This document shows positions 14,416 through 24,565 of a stretch of DNA of 32,000 nucleotides, piece by piece. How positions within the stretch are numbered: position 1 is the first letter of the stretch; each line of letters opens with the position of its first letter. The stretch comes from Propionibacteriaceae bacterium (lineage in GTDB: Bacteria > Actinomycetota > Actinomycetes > Propionibacteriales > Propionibacteriaceae): NCBI GenBank assembly GCA_031256725.1, contig JAIRQE010000004.1:90001-122000 (forward strand). The letters are read 5' to 3'. Below the pieces are notes generated by a model. That model saw only the letters and a list, made by a program, of their open reading frames with translations. It ran no database searches and had not been told where the DNA came from. The position numbers and the translations under genes were made by a program.

Positions 14416-15488
14416 GATCTTCCTTTCATGGAGGCAGATGGCAAGTCATTGATCTGAGCAACCAACCCAGGGCCTGAATAGATAAACCCTGTGTACACCT
14501 GTACCAAGCTCGCACCCAAGTCGAACATAGCTTGGGCATCCCCAGCAGTCATGATCCCCCCAGAAGCAATGACAGGTAACCCGGAAGTCATGGCACGAGC
14601 AACCATCTGGCGGGCACGCAGGGTTACAGGCCCCCCAGACAGTCCCCCTGTTTGTCGAGCCAATCCCAGATCAGCGGGAACAATGCCTTCACGGCTTAGT
14701 GTGGTGTTGGTTGCGATGAGTCCAGATCCTCCAGCGTTGACCACCGATTCAAGAAGATCATCCAGTTCGCAGTCAGTGAGATCTGGAGCAACCTTGACAA
14801 AGATCGGCACGCCCCCGCATTCGCCAGCTTTCCCCACAAGGGCACTCACCAGATCATAGACATGGGTTTTCTCCTGAAGACCCCGAAGCCCTGGGGTATT
14901 GGGGCTCGAGATGTTCACCGCTACATAATCTGCATAAGGATGAACAGCTTCAAGGGACTCTAGGTAATCCCCGATTACCTCATCGACTTCAACGATCTTG
15001 GTCTTTCCTATGCTGATCCCCAGCGGAATCCCAAGTGTGGCTTCTCCACGTTTGACACCCATCTCTTCAAGGCGATGAGCAAGGGCCCCCGCCCCGTGAT
15101 TATTGAAGCCCATCCGGTTGATCAACGCAGCGGAGTTTTTCAAACGAAAGACCCTCGGTCGAGGATTTCCTGGTTGGGCCTGGGCCGTGACTGTACCCAA
15201 TTCTGCGAAGCCGAAGCCTAGGGATGACCAGATTCCGGCAGCGACGCCATCCTTGTCGAGCCCAGCGGCTACACCGACGCGTCCAGGAAAAAATATCCCA
15301 GCAACATCAACACCACAACGGACAGAACCCACGACCCTCTTCACAATCGAGGACACTGGACTTCCGACCATAGCCCCAAGTGCTGAAATCATTTCCTCAT
15401 GGATGGTCTCGGCATCACCACCAAAACTACGAAAGAGCAGGGGGCGAAGGATGGCTTGATAGCCAGCGGTCACCACGGCTGTTTTCAT
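14412..15488 (-). CDS. pyrD: dihydroorotate dehydrogenase (quinone), class 2
   Basis: LRPLLF N-terminal helix, [39 protein letters not shown] and VQVYTGFIY. Trimmed from 15515 to ATG 15488, which forms ATGA with the carB stop. Confidence 0.92.
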   Translation of the reverse strand: MKTAVVTAGYQAILRPLLFRSFGGDAETIHEEMISALGAMVGSPVSSIVKRVVGSVRCGVDVAGIFFPGRVGVAAGLDKDGVAAGIWSSLGFGFAELGTVTAQAQPGNPRPRVFRLKNSAALINRMGFNNHGAGALAHRLEEMGVKRGEATLGIPLGISIGKTKIVEVDEVIGDYLESLEAVHPYADYVAVNISSPNTPGLRGLQEKTHVYDLVSALVGKAGECGGVPIFVKVAPDLTDCELDDLLESVVNAGGSGLIATNTTLSREGIVPADLGLARQTGGLSGGPVTLRARQMVARAMTSGLPVIASGGIMTAGDAQAMFDLGASLVQVYTGFIYSGPGLVAQINDLPSASMKGRS

Positions 15489-18400
15489 GAACTTGGCCTC
15501 ATCAGGGGTGCCCATTCTTGGAGGGAGCGTACACAGATCTCACCCTTGCGTGACGCTGAAATCCCTTGTACAACGGCGATCAGGCCCTGAATGGTAGTCA
15601 CACAAGGAATATCTGCCATGACCGCAGCGGAACGAATTCCATACCCGTCTCGACGAGTCGATCCAGAGCTTGCCCCAGAATATGGGGTGTTAATCACCAG
15701 ATCTACCTCATGGTTGAGAACCAAATCCACAACAGTCATTTCGCCTGTCGGTCCGAGTCCTTCGGAGCGTTTCCGTACAGCACGAGCATCAATCCCATTG
15801 CGCTGAAGTACCTCAGTGGTACCCGTGGTTGCAAGGATTTCAAATCCCATGTCGGCCAGCATTTGTACTGGAAGGATGGCGTGACGCTTGTCAGAGTTGG
15901 CCACTGATACAAAGACTCGACCCGATGTGGGAAGTGACCCATAGGAGGCAGTCTGTGATTTGGCGAAGGCAATTCCGAAGCTGGAATCCAAGCCCATGAC
16001 CTCACCGGTGGATCTCATTTCGGGACCCAGGAGTGTGTCAACGGATTGCCCCTCTGAGGTGTGAAAACGGTTGAAAGGCATCACTGCTTCTTTAACCGCC
16101 ACTGGAGTGGTTTCTGCTGGAGTTGACCCATCCGATTCGCGGTTGAGGATACCCTGCTCCCGCAAGTCAGCGATTGAGGACCCCATCATGATCAGGGCCG
16201 CTGCCTTAGCAAGTTGAACATCTGTGGCCTTGGACACAAAGGGAACAGTACGTGAGGCACGAGGATTTGCTTCCAGAACATAGAGGATATTCCCTGCCAG
16301 GGCGTACTGAATATTGATCAGGCCGCGTACCCCAACACCTTCAGCAATAGCCCTAGTGGAGGCAACTATCCGCTCAATAACCTCGGAACCCAATGTAATG
16401 GGTGGCAGGGCACATGCTGAGTCACCAGAATGCACCCCAGCTTCCTCGATATGCTCCATGATCCCACCGATGTACATCTCGTCCCCATCAAAGAGTGCAT
16501 CCACATCAATCTCTGTAGCATCATCAAGGAACTTGTCGATCATGATCGGATTCGTCTTAGAAGCCAGGGTCACAGTGGTCACATAGGTGATCAGCGTGGA
16601 GTCATCGTACACGATCTCCATTCCGCGCCCGCCCAGAACATAGCTGGGACGTACCAAGACCGGATAACCGATCTGGGAGGCGATCTCCAAAGCTTCCTCA
16701 GATGAGGTGGCCATGGCGTACCGTGGTGCAGGCAGGCTTGCTGCTTCGAGTACCTTTCCAAACTCGCCTCGATCCTCAGCCAGATCAATGGCTTCAGGAG
16801 AGGTACCGACCATAGGCAGACCAGCAGTCTTGAGTGCCTTCGCCAGTTTCAATGGTGTTTGACCACCAAGCTGTACGATCACCCCAGCTACAGGGCCAAC
16901 AGCTGCTTCGGCTGCATAGATCTCTAGTACGTCTTCCTCAGTCAAAGGCTCGAAATAGAGTCGATCAGAGGTGTCATAGTCGGTGGAGACAGTCTCAGGA
17001 TTGCAGTTGACCATGATGGTCTCGTACCCAGCCTCGGACAGAGCCATCGACGCATGTACACAGGAGTAGTCGAATTCAATTCCCTGGCCGATACGATTCG
17101 GCCCTGAGCCGAGGATCATCACTGCGGGTTTGGTACGCTCGCGGACCTCAGTTTCCTCGTCATAGGTCGAGTAATGGTACGGAGTGAGCGCAGCAAATTC
17201 AGCCGCACAGGTGTCCACAGTCTTGTAGACCGGGCGTACATTCAACTCCCACCTTAGTTCGCGAACCTGCTCAGCACTGATCTGGCGAAGTTCCCCAATT
17301 TGTGCATCCGACAAGCCGTGACGCTTGGCCTGACGAAGAAGATCAGCATCCAAGTGTTCAGCCTTCGTTACTTCTGCAGCAATGTCCAGGATGAGTACAA
17401 GCTGGTCAAGGAACCAGGGGTCGATCATGGTGGCCTGGAAGACCTCTTCAACGGTTGCGCCAGCACGGAAAGCTTGGATCACATCTTGGAGACGCCCATC
17501 ATGGGGTCGGGATGCTGACAGGAGTGCCTCCTGCTTTTGGAGTATTGACCCCGTCAGTCTCAATGGAGCCCGTGAGTCTTCAAGGGATCTTAGTGCCTTA
17601 CCCAGAGCCTCAGTGAAGTTGCGACCAATAGCCATAGCCTCACCCACAGACTTCATATGCGTTGTGAGAGTATCCTCCGCAGTGGAGAACTTCTCGAAGG
17701 CGAACCGTGGTACCTTCACAACGATATAGTCCAGGGTTGGTTCAAAGCTTGCTGGAGTCTCACCTGTAATGTCGTTGGGGATCTCATCAAGGGTGTACCC
17801 AACCGCGACCTTGGCAGCAATCTTCGCGATGGGGAAACCTGTGGCCTTGGAGGCCAATGCGGATGAACGAGAGACCCGAGGATTCATTTCGATGACAATG
17901 ATTCGCCCGGTTTCAGGATTCACAGCGAACTGGATATTACATCCACCTGTATCCACGCCAACAGCCCTGATCACTGCGATCCCAATGTCACGAAGACGCT
18001 GGTATTCACGGTCGGTAAGAGTCAAAGCAGGAGCAACCGTGATTGAGTCACCGGTATGTACCCCCATGGGGTCCAGGTTCTCAATAGAACATACGATGAC
18101 CACATTGTCTTTGCGGTCCCTCATCACCTCAAGCTCGAACTCCTTCCACCCGAGGATGGATTCCTCGACAAGGACCTCAGTTGTGGGCGAGGCATCCAGG
18201 CCAATCTCGGCCATCGCACGCAATTCCTCTTCATCATGCGCGAAACCGGAACCCTTGCCACCCATGGTGTAGGACGGCCTCAAAACGACTGGATACCCCA
18301 ACTCAGATGCTGCTGAAACGATCTCGTCAACCGAATGGCAGGTGAAGGAACGAGCCACCTCAGGTGCACCACAAGGAAGATCTTTGAGGGAGGCGACGAC

Positions 18401-18802
18401 CTCCTTGAAACGCTCACGATCCTCACCCCGTTCGATAGCCTCGATATTGGCACCAATGAGCTCGACTCCGTACTTCTCCAAGACCCCACTCTTGGCCAAG
18501 GCCACTGCGGTATTGAGCGCAGTCTGCCCGCCCATGGTCGCGAGCAGAGCATCGGGGCGCTCCTTAGCAATGATACGTTCCACGATCTCGGGGGTGATGG
18601 GCTCAATATAGGTGGCATCGGCAAACTCTGGATCAGTCATGATGGTAGCGGGATTCGAGTTCACGAGGATTACTTTGTACCCCTCCTCCCGCAGGACCCT
18701 GCATGCTTGGGTACCAGAGTAGTCAAACTCACATGCCTGCCCGATGACGATGGGGCCAGAACCCACAACAAGGATCGAGGATATGTCTGTACGCTTAGGC
18801 AC
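15485..18802 (-). CDS. carB: carbamoyl-phosphate synthase large subunit
   Basis: 1105 aa with duplicated ATP-grasp halves ([33 protein letters not shown] ... second half [22 protein letters not shown]) and a C-terminal MGS-like domain. GTG start with GGAGG 7 nt upstream. Confidence 0.97.
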   Translation of the reverse strand: MPKRTDISSILVVGSGPIVIGQACEFDYSGTQACRVLREEGYKVILVNSNPATIMTDPEFADATYIEPITPEIVERIIAKERPDALLATMGGQTALNTAVALAKSGVLEKYGVELIGANIEAIERGEDRERFKEVVASLKDLPCGAPEVARSFTCHSVDEIVSAASELGYPVVLRPSYTMGGKGSGFAHDEEELRAMAEIGLDASPTTEVLVEESILGWKEFELEVMRDRKDNVVIVCSIENLDPMGVHTGDSITVAPALTLTDREYQRLRDIGIAVIRAVGVDTGGCNIQFAVNPETGRIIVIEMNPRVSRSSALASKATGFPIAKIAAKVAVGYTLDEIPNDITGETPASFEPTLDYIVVKVPRFAFEKFSTAEDTLTTHMKSVGEAMAIGRNFTEALGKALRSLEDSRAPLRLTGSILQKQEALLSASRPHDGRLQDVIQAFRAGATVEEVFQATMIDPWFLDQLVLILDIAAEVTKAEHLDADLLRQAKRHGLSDAQIGELRQISAEQVRELRWELNVRPVYKTVDTCAAEFAALTPYHYSTYDEETEVRERTKPAVMILGSGPNRIGQGIEFDYSCVHASMALSEAGYETIMVNCNPETVSTDYDTSDRLYFEPLTEEDVLEIYAAEAAVGPVAGVIVQLGGQTPLKLAKALKTAGLPMVGTSPEAIDLAEDRGEFGKVLEAASLPAPRYAMATSSEEALEIASQIGYPVLVRPSYVLGGRGMEIVYDDSTLITYVTTVTLASKTNPIMIDKFLDDATEIDVDALFDGDEMYIGGIMEHIEEAGVHSGDSACALPPITLGSEVIERIVASTRAIAEGVGVRGLINIQYALAGNILYVLEANPRASRTVPFVSKATDVQLAKAAALIMMGSSIADLREQGILNRESDGSTPAETTPVAVKEAVMPFNRFHTSEGQSVDTLLGPEMRSTGEVMGLDSSFGIAFAKSQTASYGSLPTSGRVFVSVANSDKRHAILPVQMLADMGFEILATTGTTEVLQRNGIDARAVRKRSEGLGPTGEMTVVDLVLNHEVDLVINTPYSGASSGSTRRDGYGIRSAAVMADIPCVTTIQGLIAVVQGISASRKGEICVRSLQEWAPLMRPSS

Positions 18803-19922
18803 GATGAGCCTCCATCATCTGAGCGAAACGATCAAAAAGATAAGCAGCATCATGGGGTCCGGCTGCCGCTTCTGGGTGGTACTGAACAGAGAAGGCCGCC
18901 AATTGTGAGTCTCGACGCAACTCCAGGCCTTCAACCACCTGATCATTGAGACAGACATGGCTCACATTCGCAATCCCATAGGGGGTTTCAACATCCGCAT
19001 CAAGGGGGGCATCAACAGCGAATCCATGGTTATGGGCTGTAATCTCGACGATGCCTGTACCCAGATCCTTCACGGGCTGATTAATGCCGCGATGACCGTA
19101 TTTCAGCTTGTATGTCGAGAATCCAAGGGCCCGCCCAAATATCTGACAACCGAAGCAGATCCCAAAATAGGGAATCCCGGCCGCCAAGACTTCACGCAGT
19201 ACACTCATTGGATGATCAGCCGTTCCAGGATCACCTGGACCATTAGAGAAGAAGACCCCATCGGGGTTGAGCGCCATGATCTCATCGAAGGTCACGTTGG
19301 CGGGAAGGACGTGTACCTCCATTCCACGTTCGCTCATCATCTGGGGGGTCATGGCCTTGATACCAAGGTCTACAGCAGCAACAGTGAACCTCTTGGGGCC
19401 CACAGCTGAAACGACATAGGCAGAATCCACAGTGACTTCCCCCGCAATATCTGATCCAGTCATCGCAGGGATTGCGCGTACCTTCTCTAGGAGGGAACTA
19501 GGGTCCAGATCAAGGGTGGAGATACCCACCTTCATGGCACCTCGCTCGCGTAGGTGACGAGTGAGTGCTCTCGTGTCGATGTCACAGATTCCAACGATCC
19601 CCTGGGTTTCCATTTCTTCAACAAGAGATCTCTTGGCCCTCCATGAGGATGGTCGAGGACTAGGATCGCGGACGACGTACCCAGCAACCCAGATGCGTGT
19701 GGATTCGTCATCCTCATCATTCCAGCCGGTGTTGCCAATGTGAGGTGCGGTGGCGACGACGACTTGGCGACAATAACTTGGGTCGGTCAGGGTCTCCTGG
19801 TAGCCGCTCATTCCAGTCGAGAATACGGCCTCACCGAAGGTCTCCCCTTGGGCGCCAAAGGATTGCCCCAAGAAACTACGCCCGTCCTCAAGTACAAGGA
19901 GTGCGGGGACGGTGGATGTCAT
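18795..19922 (-). CDS. carA: carbamoyl-phosphate synthase small (glutaminase) subunit
   Basis: [35 protein letters not shown] (catalytic Cys) and HNHGF. Confidence 0.96.
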   Translation of the reverse strand: MTSTVPALLVLEDGRSFLGQSFGAQGETFGEAVFSTGMSGYQETLTDPSYCRQVVVATAPHIGNTGWNDEDDESTRIWVAGYVVRDPSPRPSSWRAKRSLVEEMETQGIVGICDIDTRALTRHLRERGAMKVGISTLDLDPSSLLEKVRAIPAMTGSDIAGEVTVDSAYVVSAVGPKRFTVAAVDLGIKAMTPQMMSERGMEVHVLPANVTFDEIMALNPDGVFFSNGPGDPGTADHPMSVLREVLAAGIPYFGICFGCQIFGRALGFSTYKLKYGHRGINQPVKDLGTGIVEITAHNHGFAVDAPLDADVETPYGIANVSHVCLNDQVVEGLELRRDSQLAAFSVQYHPEAAAGPHDAAYLFDRFAQMMEAHRA

Positions 19923-19932
19923 GGAAGAAAGC

Positions 19933-20355
19933 CTATCCTTTCTCAGGGACTTCGTCTGTCTGCGTCCGGGGTACTATCGTAGCCACTTGACTCAAAACCC
20001 CGGACAGAAAAGAGTGTGAGGATTCCGTGGAGAGTTCCTTAGCCAGGCTCACTGCCTCAGAGATGGCAATCGCTGGAGCGACCTCCCCGTAAACCATTTC
20101 GAGTACTGCGATCCGCGCAAGACAACGGTCAATAACCGGCATCCGCTCGACACTCCAATTCTCAGCCAAGCAGGGTGCCAGATAGCCATCAATCAGAAAC
20201 TCGTGAGCATAAACACCCTCCACAAGTTCCCTCGTATAAGCAGGGATCTCATGGTCAGACATGGTCTCATAGGTGTCCATGGCCTCACTGACACTACAAC
20301 CGATCAGATCGGCTGAATAGAGAATGTCCAAGGCGTATTTTCGCGCCTTGCGCAT
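19933..20355 (-). CDS. nusB: transcription antitermination factor NusB
   Basis: [16 protein letters not shown] and LAVLEMVY are NusB patterns. The track start at 20412 is a TTG overlapping efp by 38 nt. ATG 20355 gives the usual N-terminus, [13 protein letters not shown]. The exact start is uncertain. Confidence 0.88.
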   Translation of the reverse strand: MRKARKYALDILYSADLIGCSVSEAMDTYETMSDHEIPAYTRELVEGVYAHEFLIDGYLAPCLAENWSVERMPVIDRCLARIAVLEMVYGEVAPAIAISEAVSLAKELSTESSHSFLSGVLSQVATIVPRTQTDEVPEKG

Positions 20356-20374
20356 CCGTGAGCGCTTGGGAGCC

Positions 20375-20932
20375 TCAGACACGGGAGATGTACGAGCCGT
20401 CGCGGGTATCAACCTTTACTCGTTCACCCTGGGTGATGAACAGAGGTACCTGGATCTGGAATCCAGTCTCCACCGTTGCAGGCTTTGTACCAGCGCTGGA
20501 ACGATCCCCTTGGAGTCCCGGTTCGGTGTAGGTGATCTCCAGTTCGACTGAGGCTGGGAGTTCAATGAACAAGGGATTGCCTTCGTGGAGGGCAACCATG
20601 GCTGTCCCATTCTCCAGAAGAAAGTTCCTGGCATCCCCCACGGTTTCGTTGTCAATGGTGATCTGCTGGTAGTCAGTGGTATCCATGAAGATGTAACCAT
20701 CAGTGTCCTGATAGAGGTACTGCATCTCACGGCGATCCACCTGGGCATCCTCAACCTTCGTGTCCGAGTTGAAGGTCTTATCGACAACCTTTCCTGTGAG
20801 TACATGCTTGAGCTTGGTACGAACAACCGTATTTCCCTTGCCAGGCTTGTGATGCTGGAACCAGATGACACTCCACAGCTGACCATCCAGGTCAAGTACA
20901 GTCCCATTCTTAATATCATTCGTCGAAATCAT
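20375..20932 (-). CDS. efp: elongation factor P
   Basis: Trimmed to ATG 20932, which gives [22 protein letters not shown]...[16 protein letters not shown], the canonical EF-P N-terminus with its KPGKG loop. A GAGGAAAGGG SD lies 5 nt upstream. Confidence 0.95.
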   Translation of the reverse strand: MISTNDIKNGTVLDLDGQLWSVIWFQHHKPGKGNTVVRTKLKHVLTGKVVDKTFNSDTKVEDAQVDRREMQYLYQDTDGYIFMDTTDYQQITIDNETVGDARNFLLENGTAMVALHEGNPLFIELPASVELEITYTEPGLQGDRSSAGTKPATVETGFQIQVPLFITQGERVKVDTRDGSYISRV

Positions 20933-21040
20933 AGAAACCCTTTCCTCTTTACCAAGGATCAATCTTACCGGAATCCGAGCTCTGCCCGCTCATCCGTCCC
21001 TTGTTTTCCATGTCACACGACTCTTTGTTTGAAATGCGTA

Positions 21041-21146
21041 GTGGGTCAGACACACCTGTCCTGGACCGTCTCCCCGAATGGAGAAGTTGTTTCCTCTAGA
21101 GGAAACAACTGCGTGAATGCGTCCAAGATAGATGTGCCTGACCCAC
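21041..21146 (-). repeat. 106-nt nested inverted-repeat element. A 26-nt imperfect outer helix encloses a perfect 26-nt palindrome and a 5-bp hairpin
   Basis: Outer arms are 21041-21066 and 21121-21146, complementary at 22 of 26 positions with all mismatches transitions. The inner perfect palindrome AGTTGTTTCCTCTAGAGGAAACAACT is at 21085-21110. A small hairpin TCTCC/GGAGA is at 21069-21084. The element lies in the paiB-like/efp intergenic gap. Its existence is certain; its function is unknown. Confidence 0.75.
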
Positions 21147-21169
21147 AGACAAACAGCAATTCCCCACAA

Positions 21170-21799
21170 TCACTGGATCGTGGATCGAGCCTGGTCAATT
21201 CGAGCCTGACGATCAGCAATGTGTGGCAATGAGACTTCGCGCATCCGCTGAGCTAAATGGGGGCAGGTAGGTTCCAGATTTTCGATGATGGTACGTACCT
21301 CTGATTCTGCACGGTTTTGGGAGAGTTTCGACTTGGCCTGAATCTCGGTGATCGTAAACTCGACACCAACACTAGCCCGAGTCTGCTGCTCAAGATACTC
21401 CCTGGAATAGTCTGCATGAGTTTTACGTGAGAAGCGTTGCATGACGTCTTCGAAAGACCGGATGATCCACTCAGGATCAGTATGTATTGTCAGCCTTCCA
21501 TAAAGATGAATAGTCTCATAATTCCAGGAGGGTACAGATCCAGGTTTCATCCATTCCTCGGACACATAGGCGTCCTTGCCCATGAGGATCACGAGTGCTT
21601 CACCCTCATGGCGAGCTTGGGGGTTAATGATCCCAATGTGGGAGGTCAACGTATCCCCATTCACGAAAGCCCAAGGAAGAAAACTCGCTTCGGGTCGTCG
21701 TGTTTCAGGATCGACGGTTACTAAGGTCCCTGCTCTGATTTCGTTGAGCATTGTTTGTACATCAACTTCAGGGGTACGAAAGTGGTCCCGAAGATACAT
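21170..21799 (-). CDS. PaiB-family FMN-binding putative transcriptional regulator
   Basis: 209 aa. MYLRDHFR start, a split-barrel-like core (ASFLPWAF... HIGIINPQARH ... ALVILMG.DAYVS..W), and SQNR near the C-terminal domain. An AGGAG SD is embedded in the aroKB 3' end, and the ATG lies 3 nt after the aroKB stop. Confidence 0.75.
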   Translation of the reverse strand: MYLRDHFRTPEVDVQTMLNEIRAGTLVTVDPETRRPEASFLPWAFVNGDTLTSHIGIINPQARHEGEALVILMGKDAYVSEEWMKPGSVPSWNYETIHLYGRLTIHTDPEWIIRSFEDVMQRFSRKTHADYSREYLEQQTRASVGVEFTITEIQAKSKLSQNRAESEVRTIIENLEPTCPHLAQRMREVSLPHIADRQARIDQARSTIQ

Positions 21800-21802
21800 A
21801 AG

Positions 21803-23362
21803 CTAGCTCCTAATCGCGAGGAATGCCTGCTCAAGGATGTTTTCATCAATGTTGGGAACGACTCGCACATCCCCAAGGCCATCAAGAAGGATCAGCCTCA
21901 ACTGGGATCCCCGTGCCTTCTTATCCAAACTCATCGTGGATCGTATCGACTTCCAATCCGATCCTGAGTAACTAATGGGCAACCCTAAACTGCCAAGGAT
22001 TTCCCGATGTTGAGTCACAATATCAGCATCAATCATGCCTAGCCTTAACGCGACCTCAGCGGCGTAGACCATGCCAACACTGATGGCATTACCATGGGAC
22101 CAAGTGAATCCTTCACGCTTTTCTATAGCGTGACCGAGGGTATGACCATAGTTCAATGCTGCACGTCCAGCACCGTGGGTTTGATCCTGTTCGCGCAGAT
22201 CCCCAGAGACAACTCGAGCCTTCACCTGAATCGCACGGGTCAAAACCTCGGCAAACTCTTTGGTTGTTGTGTCGCACACCTTGCTCGGGTCTTGGGTAAC
22301 GACCTCCACAATTGCAAGATCAGAAATGAATCCGCATTTCACCACTTCGGCCAGCCCGGATCGTACCTCTTCTGTAGGCAAACCCTTCAACAGATCAAGG
22401 TCACACAGGACGACGTGCGGTTCGTAGAAGGAACCAACGAGGTTCTTGCCTTCAGGAATATTAATACCGGTCTTCCCACCAACAGCGGCATCAGCCATTC
22501 CGAGGACAGTAGTTGAGATGTTGATGAAGCGGATTCCGCGCAGATAGGTTGCAGCAACGAAGCCTGCTAGATCAGTGGTTGACCCTCCACCAAGACCAAT
22601 CACAGCATCTGACCTTGTCAACCTGGATTGTGCAAGGGTGCGCCAACAGTGATCCAACACCTCAGCAGTCTTGGCGCTCTCCCCCTCAGGTACTTCCAAA
22701 ATCACTGGGTTGGGGAGTTCTTGGGCCAAATCAGCAGCCATGGATGACAGTACGGGAGGATGAAGGATGGCGACCTTATCAACCGCTTCAAGGGCACCCG
22801 CAAGACGGTTGAGAACCCCGGATCCAATCACGACCTGATAGGGGTGGCCAGCATCAACACTAATAATCTGAATGCCAGCTATCAACTTGAGTACTTCGGT
22901 GACAACCTCATCCTTGTCCCTGCCAGCATCCACAGTGAAATGGGCAGCCTCAGCGTACAAACTAAGCCGTTCCTCCTCAAGCATGATAAAGCGAGCGTGG
23001 GTATCACCCGAGAGTAGAGGACGATCACTATTCTCCTGAACCCTGGACATCAACTGAGAAATCGGTGCATCCAGCCACACAACCTGATGGGACCCCAGCA
23101 GTTCGCGAATAGCTGGATTGGTGATGGCTCCCCCACCCACGGAAACAACGTCAGTAGTGGCCAGAGCCGTCGTCACAGCATCCAGTTCGAGTTCACGGAA
23201 ATAGGGTTCACCCTTGTCAGCAAAGATTTCCCGGATAGATTGTCTGGCTCTTTGCTCAATCATCGCATCCGCATCCACAAAAGTGAGCCCAAGCTTTTCA
23301 GCAACCTCAGCCCCGATAGTGGTCTTCCCAGATGCAGGCAAACCGATAAAAACGATCGTCAC
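21803..23362 (-). CDS. aroKB: bifunctional shikimate kinase / 3-dehydroquinate synthase (fused AroK-AroB)
   Basis: One uninterrupted 519-aa ORF. Residues 1-165 have a P-loop (IGLPASGKTTIG) and the shikimate kinase pattern (FVDADAMIE, FRELE, VSVGGG). The rest is DHQ synthase (GLGGGSTTDLAGFVAATYLRGI, GGKTGIN, NYGHTLGHAIE). The GTG start forms GTGA with the aroC stop. Confidence 0.93.
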   Translation of the reverse strand: MTIVFIGLPASGKTTIGAEVAEKLGLTFVDADAMIEQRARQSIREIFADKGEPYFRELELDAVTTALATTDVVSVGGGAITNPAIRELLGSHQVVWLDAPISQLMSRVQENSDRPLLSGDTHARFIMLEEERLSLYAEAAHFTVDAGRDKDEVVTEVLKLIAGIQIISVDAGHPYQVVIGSGVLNRLAGALEAVDKVAILHPPVLSSMAADLAQELPNPVILEVPEGESAKTAEVLDHCWRTLAQSRLTRSDAVIGLGGGSTTDLAGFVAATYLRGIRFINISTTVLGMADAAVGGKTGINIPEGKNLVGSFYEPHVVLCDLDLLKGLPTEEVRSGLAEVVKCGFISDLAIVEVVTQDPSKVCDTTTKEFAEVLTRAIQVKARVVSGDLREQDQTHGAGRAALNYGHTLGHAIEKREGFTWSHGNAISVGMVYAAEVALRLGMIDADIVTQHREILGSLGLPISYSGSDWKSIRSTMSLDKKARGSQLRLILLDGLGDVRVVPNIDENILEQAFLAIRS

Positions 23363-24555
23363 CAGGAGGCCTCCATCCCAGCTTCTTTCACACGGGTACG
23401 GTAGTGGTCAACTGCCGATCGTACGTCACCTAGGGTGTCGCCACCGAACTTTTCTAGGCAGGAACGAGCAACCTCGATTGCTACAACAGCTTCGGCGATC
23501 ACACCGGCTGCTGGTACTGCACAGACATCGGAGCGCTGGTGGTGGGCTGGTTCCACCTCCCCTGTCGCGATATTCACAGTGGGGAGAGCCTTGGAGAGGG
23601 TGGCGATAGGCTTCATCGCTGCCCTCAAGCGAATGACCTCACCATTGGACATCCCACCTTCAATACCCCCGGCTCTATTCGCACTACGGACAATGCGTCC
23701 CTCATGGGTATCCATAGGGTCATGGGCCTTGGATCCTGGCGAATCAGCCAAAGCGAACCCGTCACCGACTTCAACACCTTTGATAGCTTGTACCCCCATC
23801 AATGCGCAAGCCAGACGAGCGTCAAGTCGGGCCTCGGCTGAGACATGGGTACCAACTCCTGGTGGGCATCCCCAGACAAGAACCTCCACAACCCCTCCGA
23901 GGGTGTCTCCCTGATTTTTCGTTGCGTGGATGAGTTCCTGGATCTTGGTACTGGTGGCAGGATCAAGGCAACGCACCGGATCGGCATCAATGGCTTCACG
24001 ATCAGATGGGCCCGGCAACTCAGCATATGGAGCGTGGATTCCCCCGATGGCTGTGACATGGCTGAGAATTTCGATCCCAAGCCCTTGCCTCAAAAATTGG
24101 CGGGCGACCTCCCCTGCGGCTACACGAGCAGCGGTCTCACGAGCTGAGGCCCTTTCCAGGATTGGTCGAGCATGGCAGAAGTCGTACTTCTGCATTCCTG
24201 CAAGATCGGCGTGCCCCGGTCGTGGGCGAGTCAAGAGCTGGGCTCTCTTGGCTTCGGAGAGTACGCTTGAGTTGACTTCGTCAGCAGACATGACCTGTTC
24301 CCATTTAGGCCATTCAGAGTTAGAAATCTCGATACTAATTGGTGAGCCTATGGTTTCCCCCTGGATGACCCCACCAGTGAAACGCACTGAGTCCTGCTCG
24401 AAACCCATGCGAGCCCCTCGACCTGCGCCCAATCGGCGGCGCGCAAGAGCCTTCGTAAGGTCTGCAGTCGACACTCGAATATGGGCAGGAATCCCTTCGA
24501 TAATAGTGGTCAACAAAGGACCATGGGATTCCCCAGCTGTGATATATCTCAACAC
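23359..24555 (-). CDS. aroC: chorismate synthase
   Basis: LRYITAGESHGPLLTTIIEGIPA, RPGHADLAG, SARETAARVAAG and GGIEGGMSNGE. The track start (24609) adds 18 non-conserved residues and overlaps aroE. GTG 24555 gives (M)LRYITAGESHG, as in other actinobacterial AroC proteins. ATG 24582 is an alternative. Confidence 0.92.
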   Translation of the reverse strand: MLRYITAGESHGPLLTTIIEGIPAHIRVSTADLTKALARRRLGAGRGARMGFEQDSVRFTGGVIQGETIGSPISIEISNSEWPKWEQVMSADEVNSSVLSEAKRAQLLTRPRPGHADLAGMQKYDFCHARPILERASARETAARVAAGEVARQFLRQGLGIEILSHVTAIGGIHAPYAELPGPSDREAIDADPVRCLDPATSTKIQELIHATKNQGDTLGGVVEVLVWGCPPGVGTHVSAEARLDARLACALMGVQAIKGVEVGDGFALADSPGSKAHDPMDTHEGRIVRSANRAGGIEGGMSNGEVIRLRAAMKPIATLSKALPTVNIATGEVEPAHHQRSDVCAVPAAGVIAEAVVAIEVARSCLEKFGGDTLGDVRSAVDHYRTRVKEAGMEASW

Positions 24556-24565
24556 GTCGTCCAAT

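Noticed and set aside
20416-20919. 167-aa minus-strand ORF in an alternative frame inside efp.
   Set aside because: It is on the same strand as efp but out of frame with it. The translation is Ser/Arg/Trp-rich with no motif, whereas the efp frame is unambiguous.
20949-21011. 20-codon upstream ORF ([20 protein letters not shown]) on the minus strand. It ends with TAA next to the efp SD, which would be attractive as a possible EF-P-sensing leader peptide.
   Set aside because: It contains no polyproline or other known EF-P-dependent stall motif. It has only a weak SD (GAG about 10 nt upstream). Without conservation data it cannot be distinguished from a chance ORF.
20585-21232. 215-aa plus-strand ORF spanning the efp antisense strand, the whole intergenic gap and the paiB-like 3' end.
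   Set aside because: It crosses the structured intergenic element and two well-supported genes on the other strand. It has no start context. The open frame is best explained by chance plus the palindromic content.
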